64,000 nucleotides of DNA from Sedimentisphaerales bacterium (GTDB taxonomy: Bacteria > Planctomycetota > Phycisphaerae > Sedimentisphaerales > SM23-30). Positions 1 through 12,100 of the stretch are shown in pieces. The notes below the pieces were generated by a model, which searched no databases, had not been told where the DNA came from, and worked only from the letters and a program-made list of their open reading frames with translations. The stretch lies in NCBI GenBank assembly GCA_963663965.2, contig CAXXFK010000028.1, positions 480,001-544,000 on the forward strand, read 5' to 3'. Position 1 is the first letter of the stretch. The number at the start of each line of letters is the position of its first letter. The translations under genes were made by a program, and so were the position numbers.

Positions 1-1
1 C

Positions 2-727
2 GAGACCATTTTGACGGTCTTGAGGAATGAAAATTCCCGGGAAAATGCCAGATTATTGACCTTGGCGGTCCGCCGAGGGACCATTGAGGCGCAAACAGTT
101 CGTGATTGCCGCATTTTATCCGGAAAGACGGGGTATTTTCGGGTTACTTCCTTTGATTTTGATACGGCTTGGCAGATGCGCTCAGCTATCGAACAGTTAA
201 AAAGGGATCATGTCGAGTCTTTAATGATCGATTTACGCAATAATGGCGGCGGTGTATTGGATGCGGCTGTCGATGCCGCCCGATTATTCCTTGGCAGTGG
301 AATGATTGTCACAGTCAAATCAAATCATGAAAGTGTTAAATACCGCGCAGGGGGCGATAACTTTGCCTGTTTTGATATGCCGGTTATATTGTTGACAAAT
401 AAAAATACTGCCAGTGCCGCCGAATTGTTCGCCGCTGCTTTACGCGATCATCAACGCGCAATATTGGTCGGAGATAAGACCTTTGGGAAGGGAGTTGTGC
501 AAACGATCTATCCCATTACCGGTTTTGATTGTGGTTTGTGTATTACCACGGCCAATTATATTCCTCCCGATGGCAATGCATTTGATGGCATTGGATTGGA
601 ACCCGACCGCAAGGTAAAAAGCAACGATAATAACCCTGAAATAACGTTTTCTGCCCTGGATATGATTTCATTAAATGATCCGTTTATTCAATCCGCATTA
701 GCGCGCGTGAGCGCAGGATCATCTTAA
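2..727 (+). CDS. S41 family C-terminal processing peptidase (5'-truncated by window)
   Basis: Motifs IDLRNNGGG, TASAAE, GDKTFGKG(VV)Q and GIGLEPD of CtpA/Prc proteases; frame is open back to the window start. Confidence 0.92.
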   Translation, partial: ETILTVLRNENSRENARLLTLAVRRGTIEAQTVRDCRILSGKTGYFRVTSFDFDTAWQMRSAIEQLKRDHVESLMIDLRNNGGGVLDAAVDAARLFLGSGMIVTVKSNHESVKYRAGGDNFACFDMPVILLTNKNTASAAELFAAALRDHQRAILVGDKTFGKGVVQTIYPITGFDCGLCITTANYIPPDGNAFDGIGLEPDRKVKSNDNNPEITFSALDMISLNDPFIQSALARVSAGSS

Positions 728-1111
728 TTGTCATACTGAAGTATTAGTAATCGGCACATTTTTCAACAAGCAAACTGTTGTAAGTTCTTCGAGACTGCAA
801 CAGTTTTTTTATGGTAAGCGAATACCGATTGAAGAAGATGAATACGAATTTTTTGAAAAAAAATTAAAGAATAAGGTTGCAATTCAAGTGAAAAAGTTAA
901 AAACTATGAAGTAAATAGATAATTATTGACGATAGTTTGAACAAATCGAATAGTTTTTATTTTGAAAAGTGAATAGAGTACGCTATAAAGAGAAATAGTA
1001 AAGCGTTTAAAATTTCAAGTGAACGCTATTTGACAACTGAATCTTAAATTGTAATCGTGTGTTGTGTTTTAAGTTTTATTATTCCACCTAGCCGAAGGGA
1101 GGTGACACTCT

Positions 1112-1321
1112 ATGGCTAAAAAAGTAGCGAAGAAAGCTGTCAAGAAAACCGCAAAGAAACCTGCTGCTAAAAAACCCGCAGCTAAGAAACCCGCAGCCAA
1201 GAAACCGGCCGCTAAAAAGACAGCGAAAAAAGTTGTAAAGAAAGCAACCAAAAAGGTCGCAAAAAAGGCAACTAAAAAAGTAGTCAAGAAAGCAACCAAA
1301 AAAGCAGCTAAGAAAAAATAA
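1112..1321 (+). CDS. Small Lys/Ala-rich histone H1-like DNA-binding protein
   Basis: 69 aa of KKPAA/KKATKK repeats; strong RBS GGAGGTGA upstream; hairpins and terminator downstream. Confidence 0.85.
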   Translation: MAKKVAKKAVKKTAKKPAAKKPAAKKPAAKKPAAKKTAKKVVKKATKKVAKKATKKVVKKATKKAAKKK

Positions 1322-1377
1322 GTATTAGCTGTATGGTTTGCGATTTCTACTGTGGATTTCCGCAGTACAAATCGATG

Positions 1378-1419
1378 ATGGAAGATCACACCGAAAGGCT
1401 GGATCTTCCATTTTTTTTT
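1378..1419 (+). terminator. Intrinsic terminator after the H1-like gene
   Basis: ATGGAAGATC...GATCTTCCAT stem followed by a long T run; a second hairpin lies at about 1341-1374. Confidence 0.85.
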
Positions 1420-1712
1420 GGTATTTTAATGTTATTTGCCGGCATAGAAGCTGGTGTTTGTGTTGTTATCATTCTGTAAATAATAAAGTTACGGAAATTT
1501 GATTATATAGTGCCATCCTTTTTTGATTTGCCAGTTTGCCTGTGGCGGATTATACTGATCACTCAATCGTGTTGCTCGAATTTGACCCAGGTTGTTGCCT
1601 GATTCTATGCGATTGAGATTCCGTGACAGACTGAACTATAGCTCAAAGTTCCGGATGTTTTGTCTCTGGACTGTCACAGAGGTGATTCTACCGGTTACGA
1701 CAGGTGATATTC

Positions 1713-2729
1713 ATGAGAATTATTGCGTTTACCAACCAGAAAGGTGGCGTCGGCAAGACAACAACGACGGTTAACCTCGCCGGAATTTTGGCGAGTCGAG
1801 GGGAAAAAACTTTACTGATCGATCTGGATCCCCAGGCTCACCTGACTACTTTTATTGGAATTGATCCGCGTGAGGTTGAATTAACTGCTCATGATGTACT
1901 CACCCGCTCGGTAAATCTGGATCAGGCCCTGGTTGAAGTACGTGAGAATATCTCATTATTAAGTAGCGGATTGGATTTGGCGGCCAGCGAACAGGAATTG
2001 GTCTCAGTGGTGGGTCGCGAAACGATTTTACGCGATGCTCTCAGGGATTATCATCAACCCTGTGACTATGTGCTGATCGATTGCCCGCCTTCGTTGGGAT
2101 TACTGACCTTGAATGCCCTGGGGGCCGCTCGTGAACTGATTATCCCGTTACAACCCCATTTTTTGTCGTTACAGGGGCTCAGCCAGCTACTGGAGTCCAT
2201 TTTACTGGTTCATAAACGGATCAATCCAGAATTACTGGTGGCCGGCCTGGTTTTTTGTATGTTCGACTCCCGGTTATCGCTGACCAATGAAATTGTGGCT
2301 GATATTGAAACATTTTTCGACCATCAGCGCGAGCAGGACACCCCCTGGCGGAACGCCCGCATTTTCCAGACCCGTATTCGCCGCAATGTGAAATTGGCGG
2401 AATCCCCCAGTTATGGTCAGACGATCACGGAGTATGATCTCAGCAGCAATGGTGCGGCGGATTATATGGCGCTGGCGGATGAAATTCAGGCCATGAACGG
2501 CGAAATGATGCTTCCCTGGGATAATGATAAGGACACGAAAATAGTCCCTCAACAGGCGGTCAGTCAGCATGATGCTACTCCCCCTCCTGATGGCATAACC
2601 GGTCCGGAAAACACCCCTGCCAATGCGAATCCCCCGCAATCAGCCTCATTAACCCATGATGCAACTTCCCCAAACTCGTATCATCAATCGGTAAACGTTG
2701 AAGATAAATTACCAGATACGGCATGTTAA
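1713..2729 (+). CDS. ParA/Soj family ATPase with low-complexity C-terminal tail
   Basis: Deviant Walker A NQKGGVGKTTT, LLIDLDPQ, LIDCPPSLG, LAESPS; ATG at 1713 preferred over GTG 1704. Confidence 0.92.
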   Translation: MRIIAFTNQKGGVGKTTTTVNLAGILASRGEKTLLIDLDPQAHLTTFIGIDPREVELTAHDVLTRSVNLDQALVEVRENISLLSSGLDLAASEQELVSVVGRETILRDALRDYHQPCDYVLIDCPPSLGLLTLNALGAARELIIPLQPHFLSLQGLSQLLESILLVHKRINPELLVAGLVFCMFDSRLSLTNEIVADIETFFDHQREQDTPWRNARIFQTRIRRNVKLAESPSYGQTITEYDLSSNGAADYMALADEIQAMNGEMMLPWDNDKDTKIVPQQAVSQHDATPPPDGITGPENTPANANPPQSASLTHDATSPNSYHQSVNVEDKLPDTAC

Positions 2730-2738
2730 TCGCACTGG

Positions 2739-3542
2739 ATGTGTAAGGTACTCAATATGGTCGGTAGAAAAAAAATTATAACGCGTTTTTTGCCCTGGCT
2801 GGTATTGGTATGTTATTGGGTTTTGCTGTTTATTTGTACTCATATCCCCCGGATTCCCAGTGGCATGACAATCCATGTCAGTGATAAATTTATTCATTTT
2901 ATGGCTTTTTTATGCCTGACTCTGCTGTTCTGGCTGGCCGAATACGGTTCACATCGGCCATCAATTCGCAGTCGCATGACCTGGTTAACAGTGATTATGC
3001 TGGCCGCTTATGGCGTGGTCGATGAACTGACGCAGCATTTTGTCCACCGAACGGTCAGTTTTGCCGACTGGTTAAGCGATCTCTCCGGTGTACTGGCCGC
3101 TTTGTTCATGTTATTTCTCATGCGACGCTGGTCTTACTGGCTGGCAGTCTATTGGTTGGGTCTGTTTATTATCACCCACTGGCCGCAACCGGAACCTTTA
3201 TTGAAATTGCCCGATTTCTTACAAAAATATCACTTGGTATATTATTTGGTTGGTTATACGGCTTTGACCATATTATGGTGGCGCAGTTGGTGCCGCCAGC
3301 CACGGTTCATGTTTTCCACAGGATTGATGTGGAGTACGACTCTGGTAGTGGGGGGGTATGCCCTGATTGATCAAGGATTAAAATATCGGATGCACCGTGG
3401 TTTTAATGAAAAGGAACTTGCCGTCGCGTTATTAGGACTCGCTTTAGGGATTGGATTTTCCGTTTTAATGGCTCGTCACCATGAAATTGGCCAGCCTGAT
3501 GAAATGTCTCAGAATCACAATCCTGAGGAAATATCGGATTGA
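2739..3542 (+). CDS. VanZ-like membrane protein (two VanZ-like halves)
   Basis: DKFIHF..F and YGVVDELTQ..V.RT.S..DW..D motifs; a degenerate second copy (THWP...DK-like...YALIDQ). Confidence 0.75.
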   Translation: MCKVLNMVGRKKIITRFLPWLVLVCYWVLLFICTHIPRIPSGMTIHVSDKFIHFMAFLCLTLLFWLAEYGSHRPSIRSRMTWLTVIMLAAYGVVDELTQHFVHRTVSFADWLSDLSGVLAALFMLFLMRRWSYWLAVYWLGLFIITHWPQPEPLLKLPDFLQKYHLVYYLVGYTALTILWWRSWCRQPRFMFSTGLMWSTTLVVGGYALIDQGLKYRMHRGFNEKELAVALLGLALGIGFSVLMARHHEIGQPDEMSQNHNPEEISD

Positions 3543-4075
3543 CTTGTAGTTTTTGCGGTTTGATCGATGGTATTATTTATAATTTGGTTGATTTCAAGCG
3601 GTTGTTGGATAGTGATCCAGTATAGTTCGATATTCCCGGTTCCGGCAGTAGCTATACCAATGGATCCAAGTCCTAAAATCCGTTCTGCCAGCGGAAAATA
3701 CAGTTGAGTGTGCTGAATACGGTTAAGGTCACATTGCAAAATATCAATGTTAAAGACTCCGCGAGTGCGAATAATTCGTCTTTCTGTCAGTACATAGCTC
3801 AAACCGGTCCACTGTAACACCGCTAATCCAAAACGAAATCCCGCCAATAGCCATATTCCAATAATGAAGATCTCAGATCGAATTTTTAGGTTGGGGCCCC
3901 ATACCGCCAGTATCAGTGAAGCGATGCCAACCCAGAAAAACCAGCGCCAGGTAAGAAAATATATCAGCCAGCCGGATGGTTTAAGGGATAAAATCACTTT
4001 TTCCCCATCATTCAGCAGGCCATCAGGTAATATTGATTTGCTCCGGTCGTTTTTATTCAGTATGGATTCTTCCAT
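3515..4075 (-). CDS. PH-domain (bPH_2/DUF304-like) membrane protein
   Basis: GE.VI...KPS, two TM helices, YVLTERRII...GVF, RIQ...ERILGLGSI.I.TAG. Confidence 0.75.
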   Translation of the reverse strand: MEESILNKNDRSKSILPDGLLNDGEKVILSLKPSGWLIYFLTWRWFFWVGIASLILAVWGPNLKIRSEIFIIGIWLLAGFRFGLAVLQWTGLSYVLTERRIIRTRGVFNIDILQCDLNRIQHTQLYFPLAERILGLGSIGIATAGTGNIELYWITIQQPLEINQIINNTIDQTAKTTSQSDISSGL

Positions 4076-4114
4076 AGTTCTATTATAACAAATATTTCGT
4101 CAGGATTAAATAGC

Positions 4115-5668
4115 ATGATATCTAAAAGTATAATGGCAGTCGTATTATTAACCTGTACGCTATCTTCTTTTGGTACAACTTATTATGTCGATAGCACACG
4201 CGGCCATGATTCCAGTAACGGCTTAACTCCGGATACTGCCTGGAAAACTCTCGAAAAAGTCAATCAAACTTCCCTGTCGGGTGGGGATCAACTCCTTTTC
4301 GTAGCTGGCACCGTCTATTACGGCCAGTTATGCCCTCAGGGCGGCGGTTCATTACAGGACGATAACCCCTTATTAGCTCGGATTGGCGTCTATGGCGAGG
4401 GACCGCGTCCCCGCATTGACGCTCAGGGCCGTTTCAAGTCTGCATTATACCTTCATAACACGCAATATTGGTCCATTAGCGGTCTGGAACTGACTAATAC
4501 CGGTCCAGAACGCCAATCGGGGCGGTGTGGTGTTCATATCCATATCCGGGAGTATGGCACAGCCCGCTCTATTCATCTGAAGGACTTATACATTCATGAT
4601 GTCAACGGCAGTCTGGTCAAAAAAGACGGGGGCGGATTTGGCATTCTCTGGCAAAATGAAGGCCGCCGGATTCCCAGTCGGTTTGATGGCCTCACTATCG
4701 AAAAATGTCATCTGGTCCGTTGTGAGCGGGATGGAATCAAAGGCCGGGGCTATACCAACCGGGATGCCGGCTGGTTTCCCAGCTTGAATGTGATTATACG
4801 TGACAATCTGCTCGAAGAAATCCCCGGTGATGGCATTGTTCCGCTGGCCTGTGATGGCGCCCTGGTCGAATACAATCGCATGCGCAATTGCACCCGTTTA
4901 CTACCCCAGGGCGATGCCGCCGCCGGGATCTGGCCCTGGGCCTGCGATAACACCATCATCCAGTTTAACGAGGTCTCGGATCACAAGGCCCCCTGGGACG
5001 CGCAAGGCTTCGATTCTGACTGGAACTGCCGGGGTACCATCATCCAGTACAACTACAGCCACGATAACGAAGGCGGGTTCCTCCTGGTCTGCTGCAATGG
5101 CCAGGCTGCCCCCGCGACGCGGCTCTGTGCCGATACGATCGTACGTTATAATATCAGTGTCAATGACGGCCTGAGAACCACCGGCAAAAGCGCCGGTTTC
5201 TCGCCAACCTTCCATATCAGCGGCCCTGTAACCAATACCAAAATATACAATAATGTCATTTATGTCCCGACCAAACCCAAAGGTGCCGATCAGACATTAA
5301 TCAAAATGGACAACTGGGGCGGCCCCTGGCCGGTCGATACCTGGTTTGCCAATAATATTTTCTATGTTATCGGTGAAACCCGTTATGATTGGGGTAAAAG
5401 CATCAACCATCGCTTTGAAAACAACCTGTTTTACGGTACCCATAAAAACGAACCCCAAGACAAGACTCGATTAACCGCCGATCCCCAATTCGCCGGTCCA
5501 TTCGGATCGGATAACCTGCCCCAAACCATCAAAAGCCTGATACTCCGCCCCGATTCCCCCTGTATCGACGCAGGCAAAACCATCCCCAATAACGGAAAAC
5601 GTGACTATTGGGGCAATCCAGTCACAGGCCAGGTCGATATCGGCGCTTACGAAGCGCCCAATCCCTAG
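4115..5668 (+). CDS. Secreted right-handed parallel beta-helix protein (pectin-lyase fold, putative carbohydrate-active enzyme)
   Basis: Signal peptide, TTYYVDS..G.DS..G..P..AWKTL, GFDSDWNC..TIIQYNYSHDNEGG, SPCIDAG...DIGAYE. Confidence 0.8.
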   Translation: MISKSIMAVVLLTCTLSSFGTTYYVDSTRGHDSSNGLTPDTAWKTLEKVNQTSLSGGDQLLFVAGTVYYGQLCPQGGGSLQDDNPLLARIGVYGEGPRPRIDAQGRFKSALYLHNTQYWSISGLELTNTGPERQSGRCGVHIHIREYGTARSIHLKDLYIHDVNGSLVKKDGGGFGILWQNEGRRIPSRFDGLTIEKCHLVRCERDGIKGRGYTNRDAGWFPSLNVIIRDNLLEEIPGDGIVPLACDGALVEYNRMRNCTRLLPQGDAAAGIWPWACDNTIIQFNEVSDHKAPWDAQGFDSDWNCRGTIIQYNYSHDNEGGFLLVCCNGQAAPATRLCADTIVRYNISVNDGLRTTGKSAGFSPTFHISGPVTNTKIYNNVIYVPTKPKGADQTLIKMDNWGGPWPVDTWFANNIFYVIGETRYDWGKSINHRFENNLFYGTHKNEPQDKTRLTADPQFAGPFGSDNLPQTIKSLILRPDSPCIDAGKTIPNNGKRDYWGNPVTGQVDIGAYEAPNP

Positions 5669-6057
5669 TTTGATTTGGGCGTCAATTTGGCCGTATATTC
5701 CGTCGATTCATCGGCTTTCATGGCAATCGTGGCGCGATGCGGCTCATAGCCTTCCTTCTGGATCAGGATGACCAGATTATTCCCATGATTCATGAGTTCC
5801 TGTCCATCATGAAATGGCATGTTTTTCATGGTGATTGTGGTTAGCACCATCACAGGCCGGTTTTCCAGTGGTGTGACTCCCAGGTCCATGGAAGCCTGGT
5901 TCAACGGCCGTAACTGGATGACCTGGGCCCCTTCCGGCTCCGTATGAATCGTCACCAGGCGCTGAGACAGTTTAAAATTGCACCTTGGTTTGGAAGAACA
6001 GCCGTAAACCAGGGCCAGAACAACAAGAACAGATAATAACGTAGTAATTTTTCTCAT
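5665..6057 (-). CDS. Lipoprotein with PEGA-like domain
   Basis: Lipobox LVYGC, I.TEPEGA.V and I.KEGYEP motifs; ATG at 6057 with GAGGT RBS; directly downstream of the BlaR1-like gene. Confidence 0.65.
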   Translation of the reverse strand: MRKITTLLSVLVVLALVYGCSSKPRCNFKLSQRLVTIHTEPEGAQVIQLRPLNQASMDLGVTPLENRPVMVLTTITMKNMPFHDGQELMNHGNNLVILIQKEGYEPHRATIAMKADESTEYTAKLTPKSN

Positions 6058-6101
6058 AGATGTTACCTCATGAAGCATTGTATCGGCCCTTAACATTCAT
6101 T

Positions 6102-9100
6102 TCAATCGTTATTCCAGCCGTCGATCACTTCATAAACCTGACCACCCATATTTTGCAAGGCGTTCCCCAGTTGAGTGGCGCTTTTTTTGTCGCGCTTTTC
6201 AATGGCCGCTTGCCACAGATTGAACTGGTTGACCACCGCCTGCCATAACGGCGCCGCATCGGTCTTCTGGGCAATCGGATGGTTGGACTCAATCGTCGCC
6301 TGAACCTGCTGACACAGCGCGTCAGCCGTCTCCCATTGCTCAGCCTCCACGGCATGTTGTAAACTCTCACATAGCGCGCCACAGGCCATAAAGACATGAT
6401 AAAGCTGTGACTGGGCCTGTTTGGATATCGCGGATGAACCAGATGTTGGCCCGGGTGTTTTTTTCAGGCGATCGATATCCATGCCCAGTCGTGTGCCCAG
6501 TTCCATCATCATCTCGCCCATCTGAATGGCACGCGCTTTATTGCGGGTCTTGATAATATCCTGCCAGATATTAAATTGCTTTGCGGCCTCTGACCAGGTG
6601 GCTCCGAATTCGGTAGTCTTGATGCCAGGCAGAATTTTATCGATTTCCAGCTGAATTTCTTCACAAAGTTGATCGGCCCGTTCCCAGTCATCCGCTTTTA
6701 CCGCATTTAAGGCGCTTTCGCTCCGGGTGCCGCAGGCGATAAAAGCCGCAAATAGCTTCTGGTAAAGTTGCTGCGGATCCGGAATCTTGGAAGTGGATGT
6801 CGGTTCAGCGGTCTTGAAGTCAGTATAAGCCCTGAGACCGGCTTTATGTAACTCACTGGAGATGGCGTTGATCAATTTATAAGGTTCCGGCCCTTCACAG
6901 GTCAGCAAAATCGTGGTCGGCTGACCTGGAATATGGATAAATTCACATTGGTATAAATGCCCTTCTTTATCTTTGTTCTGGATATAGGACCGGCTGCTTT
7001 CAACCGTGCCTTCCTGATTCTTCCAGCTGCGCACCCCTTCCGACATATAGGGGTAAGAGGTTGTCCGCGGTTCTTTGGATTCACTGTAACCGATCGTCTG
7101 GATAACTTTGCGACAGGCATTGCTCACCTCCTTATCTAGTTTGGAATCGTAGAGGATTATTTCAGTCCCTTTCACAAGATAGCCGCCGCTCAGAGCATTG
7201 GTTGCGGATGAGGTGGCGTTGCCAGGCTGACTGGTTCCCGTTGAAGAGGGGCCATTCGAAAGTTCCTTGAGCCGGGCCTGAAATTGAGGGGCTATTTCCT
7301 CCACCAGATCAAATAAGGATTCACTGATCGTTAACGCTTTGGCCATATCTCGTTTCTCAATAACACCCAGCCAGAGCCGCAGTTGGGTAGCTAACGTGTC
7401 GAATAGCGGCATATAACGGCTGTTCTCTGCGAGCGGCTTGTTGTCTTCCAGCAGGGTGATGAGTTGTTGACAGAGTTCGCCCGCCAGTTCCATCTCTCCC
7501 GCTTCCAGCGCCGCATGAATCGTTTTGCCTTTGAGCCGGCCGGCCATGAAAAGTTCGCAGATCTGGCGCTCTCCGGCGATTTCCGAAGCGGTGATACCCG
7601 AAGAGGGGGGAACATTTTGATTGCCGGTACGCTGTTCGATTACCTGCCGCAATTGAGTGCCGGCACTCTGCATGGCTTTGATCAGGGCCAGGGCCTGTTC
7701 TTTTTTCCCGGCGTTGATCAGGCCTGACACATCATCCATTTGTTCGGCCAGATTTTGGGCCATAGTCTCGATCGGTGTGCCTTTCACGGCGGCCAGCGCG
7801 GCGGGTACCCGTTTCTGGATCTGGCCCACCAGCATTAGCGCCGTTTCCATATCGCCCCGCTCCAGCCATTCATAAGCAGCTTGCGACAGCTCACCCACGA
7901 TTTCAAGGATACCGACTAATTCCGCAACATTAGAATAAGTGCTGCCGGCCGGATTCTGTGGTTTGCTGGTCATAGGATCATAATAAAACTCCCTGTCGGG
8001 ATATTGGCTCATAAACGCGCTGATATATTTACCCTGGTTAGCTACGCTAAACATGCTGGTATTCTCGACCAGCCAGCGATCATTGCCGGGTTTTAATGTC
8101 CAGCACATCGCGAACGGACTCTCGGCGCCGGGCTCCGTTACCTCAAACGGTTTGGATAAGACAAACGCTGCTTCATCATTCCAGTAGAGCTTGTCAAATC
8201 CGGGTAAACCCGTTAAGACAAACAACTTGGCGGCCATGTTCATCTCTTTGATATTGCTTTCGATATCATCGTATCCCGGCACACACCAACGGGCCAATTC
8301 CTCGGTGTTCGACTGCATACAGTTGTGGTACCAGGCTTTGATCGTGTTTTTCAACGCCGCCAGCACAGCCTCTCGTTGCGGCAGTTGAACAGGTCCGGAT
8401 TCCATTGGCCGCGTAGCATCAGCCGCAGCAGCTTTTTTTGCCGCGTCCTTTATCATCATTTCGAAGCCCGGACCAGTTTGGTCGAACATTTTGATGATCC
8501 GATGGGCCTTGTCATAATCGCCCTGCTTGAGGGCGGTGTCCATTTGGCGCACCATGCCGATGGCCGCTTCGATGGGCTGTTCGATCAGCGAGCCTTTGAT
8601 CTTCTGTGATAACTGCTCGACCGTGGGCATAAACGACTGCATGGTCATCTTCGCCATCTCGTAATCTTTGGCTTCCATCTGTTCATAGACCGCGCCAAAC
8701 AGAACCTTGAGCGGCTCGATCAGGTCAGCGGCATTCTTCAAATCGGGGCGGGTAACACTGACCGGTATGGTGGGGGGCTCAGGATTATCCAGTTCATTGA
8801 TCCAGGTCAGGCCATTCGGTTGTTGCCGGTTAAAACGATGGATCTCATCCAGGATGCCCTGGGGAGTTTCCAGATCGATGTCAACAATTTTCCAGCCGTT
8901 CAGCCGTTTCTCCAGTGTCCATACCATCATAACCGGCCCACCGTCTTTGGGATCGCCTTTGGGTATTTCCACAGAGAATGCCTGGGCATGAGCAGGAGTA
9001 TGCAAAATAGTATGAATTCCAAATCCCCAGTGTTTATTTTCCGGTTGGCCGAATAATTTCCGGAAATCATTCAAATCTCTGGATACCTGTGAATAATCGT

Positions 9101-12100
9101 TCGGATAAAACGCATTCAACCCCGATTCCTCATTCTTCTGACAAAGATCATACCATTGTTTCAATAGACTGTTAATAGCCTCAATATCCTGATCATCTGC
9201 CTGATTCATGCCAACCGGATAGTTGCCGGGAATTTCCCCAACGAAAGGATGGTCCTTTTCGAAACGCTCTATCCAACTTTCAATTTTATCTGGTGGCAGC
9301 CAGTCAATATCCCGTAGCAGCCATTGCTGACCGTCATATCGAAAACTCAAGCCCAGTTGCCATTCCCGGCCATCCTTTTCACGCAAGCCTTGCGTGACCG
9401 TGATGGCATTCTCATCATCCGCAATGACTTTACCGAGGGTGATATTATCTACAAAAGCAACGTCAAAAAGCTTGCCTAACGACATATCTCCAATCTGGTC
9501 GGGCCTGATGTATTGGCTGATGGCATTCAGATCTTTGGACTTGATGGCGTCAATCAGTGCCTTGGCTGTTTTTTGGGCCGCAACCGCTTTCTCACTGACA
9601 CGCTGCCCGGCGGAAATTTCACCCCGCATGATCGACTCCACCGTGCGGTCCGAAAGCGGTACGCTTACCTGGCTTTGCAGACTGTCGGCAATACCTTGAG
9701 CTTCCGCCGCAGTAAAATTGCCGCTGATTGAGATCGCATCTTCGATCCGTGTCATAATCATCGGAGCCGTTACCACTTTGCCATCGATAACCGCCGCCAG
9801 ATTCCGCCGGATATGACCGGCTGTCAGTTCAGAAAAGAGTTGTTTGCCCACGGCATCCAGCCCGCATCGAATACAGGGCGGCTGGGTGCGGGCATCAACT
9901 CTGGCATAGGTCAGGTGCCAGCCCTGCTCTTTTCGCATAACACCTTTGCCCGAGGTAAATAGTAGCACATAACGTTTTTCCTCATTGTCGATGGTGACTG
10001 CCTCTGATCCAATGGTCACTTTATCAGACACTTCAAACCAGCCCATCGGCGGCTGATGGTAATCCCGGTAAGCATCAAAATCGGCTTTAAATCGTTCGAT
10101 GGCTTCGGATGCGATATGGTCTTTCGCCGGATCCACTACCAGCAAAAAGGCCAGGCCCGACAGATCGCCCGAGCGGGCGATATCTGGTTTTTCTTCAAAG
10201 ACCATTCCTTTGATCAGCGACAGGGCCATTTTCTCGATATCATCCCGTGAGAATCGGCCGGTGATCATCGCCCGCTGACCGATACGAGCCTGTACGATCG
10301 GGGTGGAAACCACTTTATCGTCAATGAGTATCGCCATGGCGCGCCCGATATTCGATCCGCTCAAATCCCCCAGCAATTGAGCGCCTTTTTCATTCATCTC
10401 GATCAGTATCGCCGGCATGCTGCGCTGATCCTGGGTAACATTCACATTTGTCAGCGACCAGCCTTGTTCAGGAATCATACTTTTATTGGGGGTCGCCCAG
10501 AGTAATGCGTAGAGTTTGCCGTTACTTTCATGGATAATGAGGTTGGGGGCATTGAGTGTTTTTTCCGCGACCTCAAACCAACCCATCCTGCCATCCCCTG
10601 AGTAGGGTTTAAACTGATCATTCAGATGATTGATTTCCTCATCTGTCAGTTCATTCGAGTGAACGGCCGCTCGAAAGGCCAGTTGACCTGTTTTGAGAGC
10701 TAATGCATTGTCATGTTCTGATGGTTTTAGTTGGGTAATTAATACCTGGGCCATCTCCGCTACCTGATCCAGTGAATCCACACGTTCCTGGCCGGCATTG
10801 AGCCACCGTCCGTCTATCATCTCCAGCCGGCGTACATCGATCGGCCGTTCAATCGGTTGAGAGGAATTCTCAGGTAGTAGTCGGGCGGCCACCAGCGCCT
10901 GATGACTATCGATAATATAGACTCGCAGGATGCGGGCGTTCTGCAGGGTTTGGGCCCAACTCGGATCGATGGTTTGGTCGATCTGGGGCATAGAATCGGC
11001 CAGTTTCGGGATGCTGACACGTTTTAGTGACTCAGCCTTACCCGATGCGCAGACGGCATTAATTACCGCGTAGGCAGCTTGGGGAGTTTTTAAGTTTTCC
11101 TGTTTAAATTGAGACACATTTCGATTGACGTCGTATATCGTCAATTGCTCGGTTTCCAGAATCACCTGTTTCTTTGCCTGCGCCATCGGCAGAACGCATG
11201 CGAACATCACCAGCGCCGCGATCAGGGCCGAAGCCACCTGTAAAGGACGCCATTTCCAGGTCTTCTTCTCCAGCCATTGCAAGCGTACCAGCAACCGGTT
11301 GGAATCTTCAAACAATCCCAGCAAGCCCATTCCCGGCTCCACTGGCTGGGCCAGCAGTCTTCGGGCCGTTTCCAGCAGGGTTTCGCGATATTGTGGGGTT
11401 TTATCCTTAAGGACCCGCGCTACCGTGGCGTCACAGCAGACTTCTCGCAGATGTTGCAGTTGACGGCCTACCATCCAAACCAGCGGATTAAACCAGTAAC
11501 ACAACTGCACCAGCATATAGCCGGCATGAATCAGCAAATCGCCCCGTTTGATATGGGCCAGCTCATGCAAAAGATGATGACGCAGATCGCTGTCGGACAG
11601 ATCCTTTAAACTGCTCGCCGGCATCACCAGCACCGGCCGGAAAATCCCGAATACTGCCGGACAGACCACACTATCCGACAAAATAATCTTAACCGGTCTC
11701 CGTAATCCCAGTTGGGCGGCACAGGCGGCCACTGTCTGCCGGAAATTGTCGGGTAACACATCCGGTTCCTGGCGGGCCATCCCTGTTTGTAAGCGATGAA
11801 CGCGTATCAATAACCAAAAACCCAATCCGATAATGCCGGCCAGCCAACCGGCCATTGTCCAGGATTGCCAGTTCAACTGGGTCGTAATAACTGGTTTTAC
11901 GGAATTAGTTTTAACTTGTGGTTGAATAGGTTCCTGAACAGGCCCGGAATTTATCGGGGCGGGCGCTGTTGCCGGAATAATCGGCTCATTAGAGGGAATG
12001 ACTGAGGTTGGCGATTCTGAAATGGATTGGGTATCTGGTTGGGATTCCGGCTGAATAAACTGCATGACCAGCGGTTCCAGCTTTGCTGTCATGCTGGTAT

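Noticed and set aside
730..1110. Replication origin in the AT-rich region near parA
   Set aside because: No clustered TTATCCACA DnaA boxes seen; more simply a promoter region.
1069..1389. Hydrophobic 106-aa ORF (FLAA repeats)
   Set aside because: Reverse complement of the Lys/Ala-rich H1-like gene.
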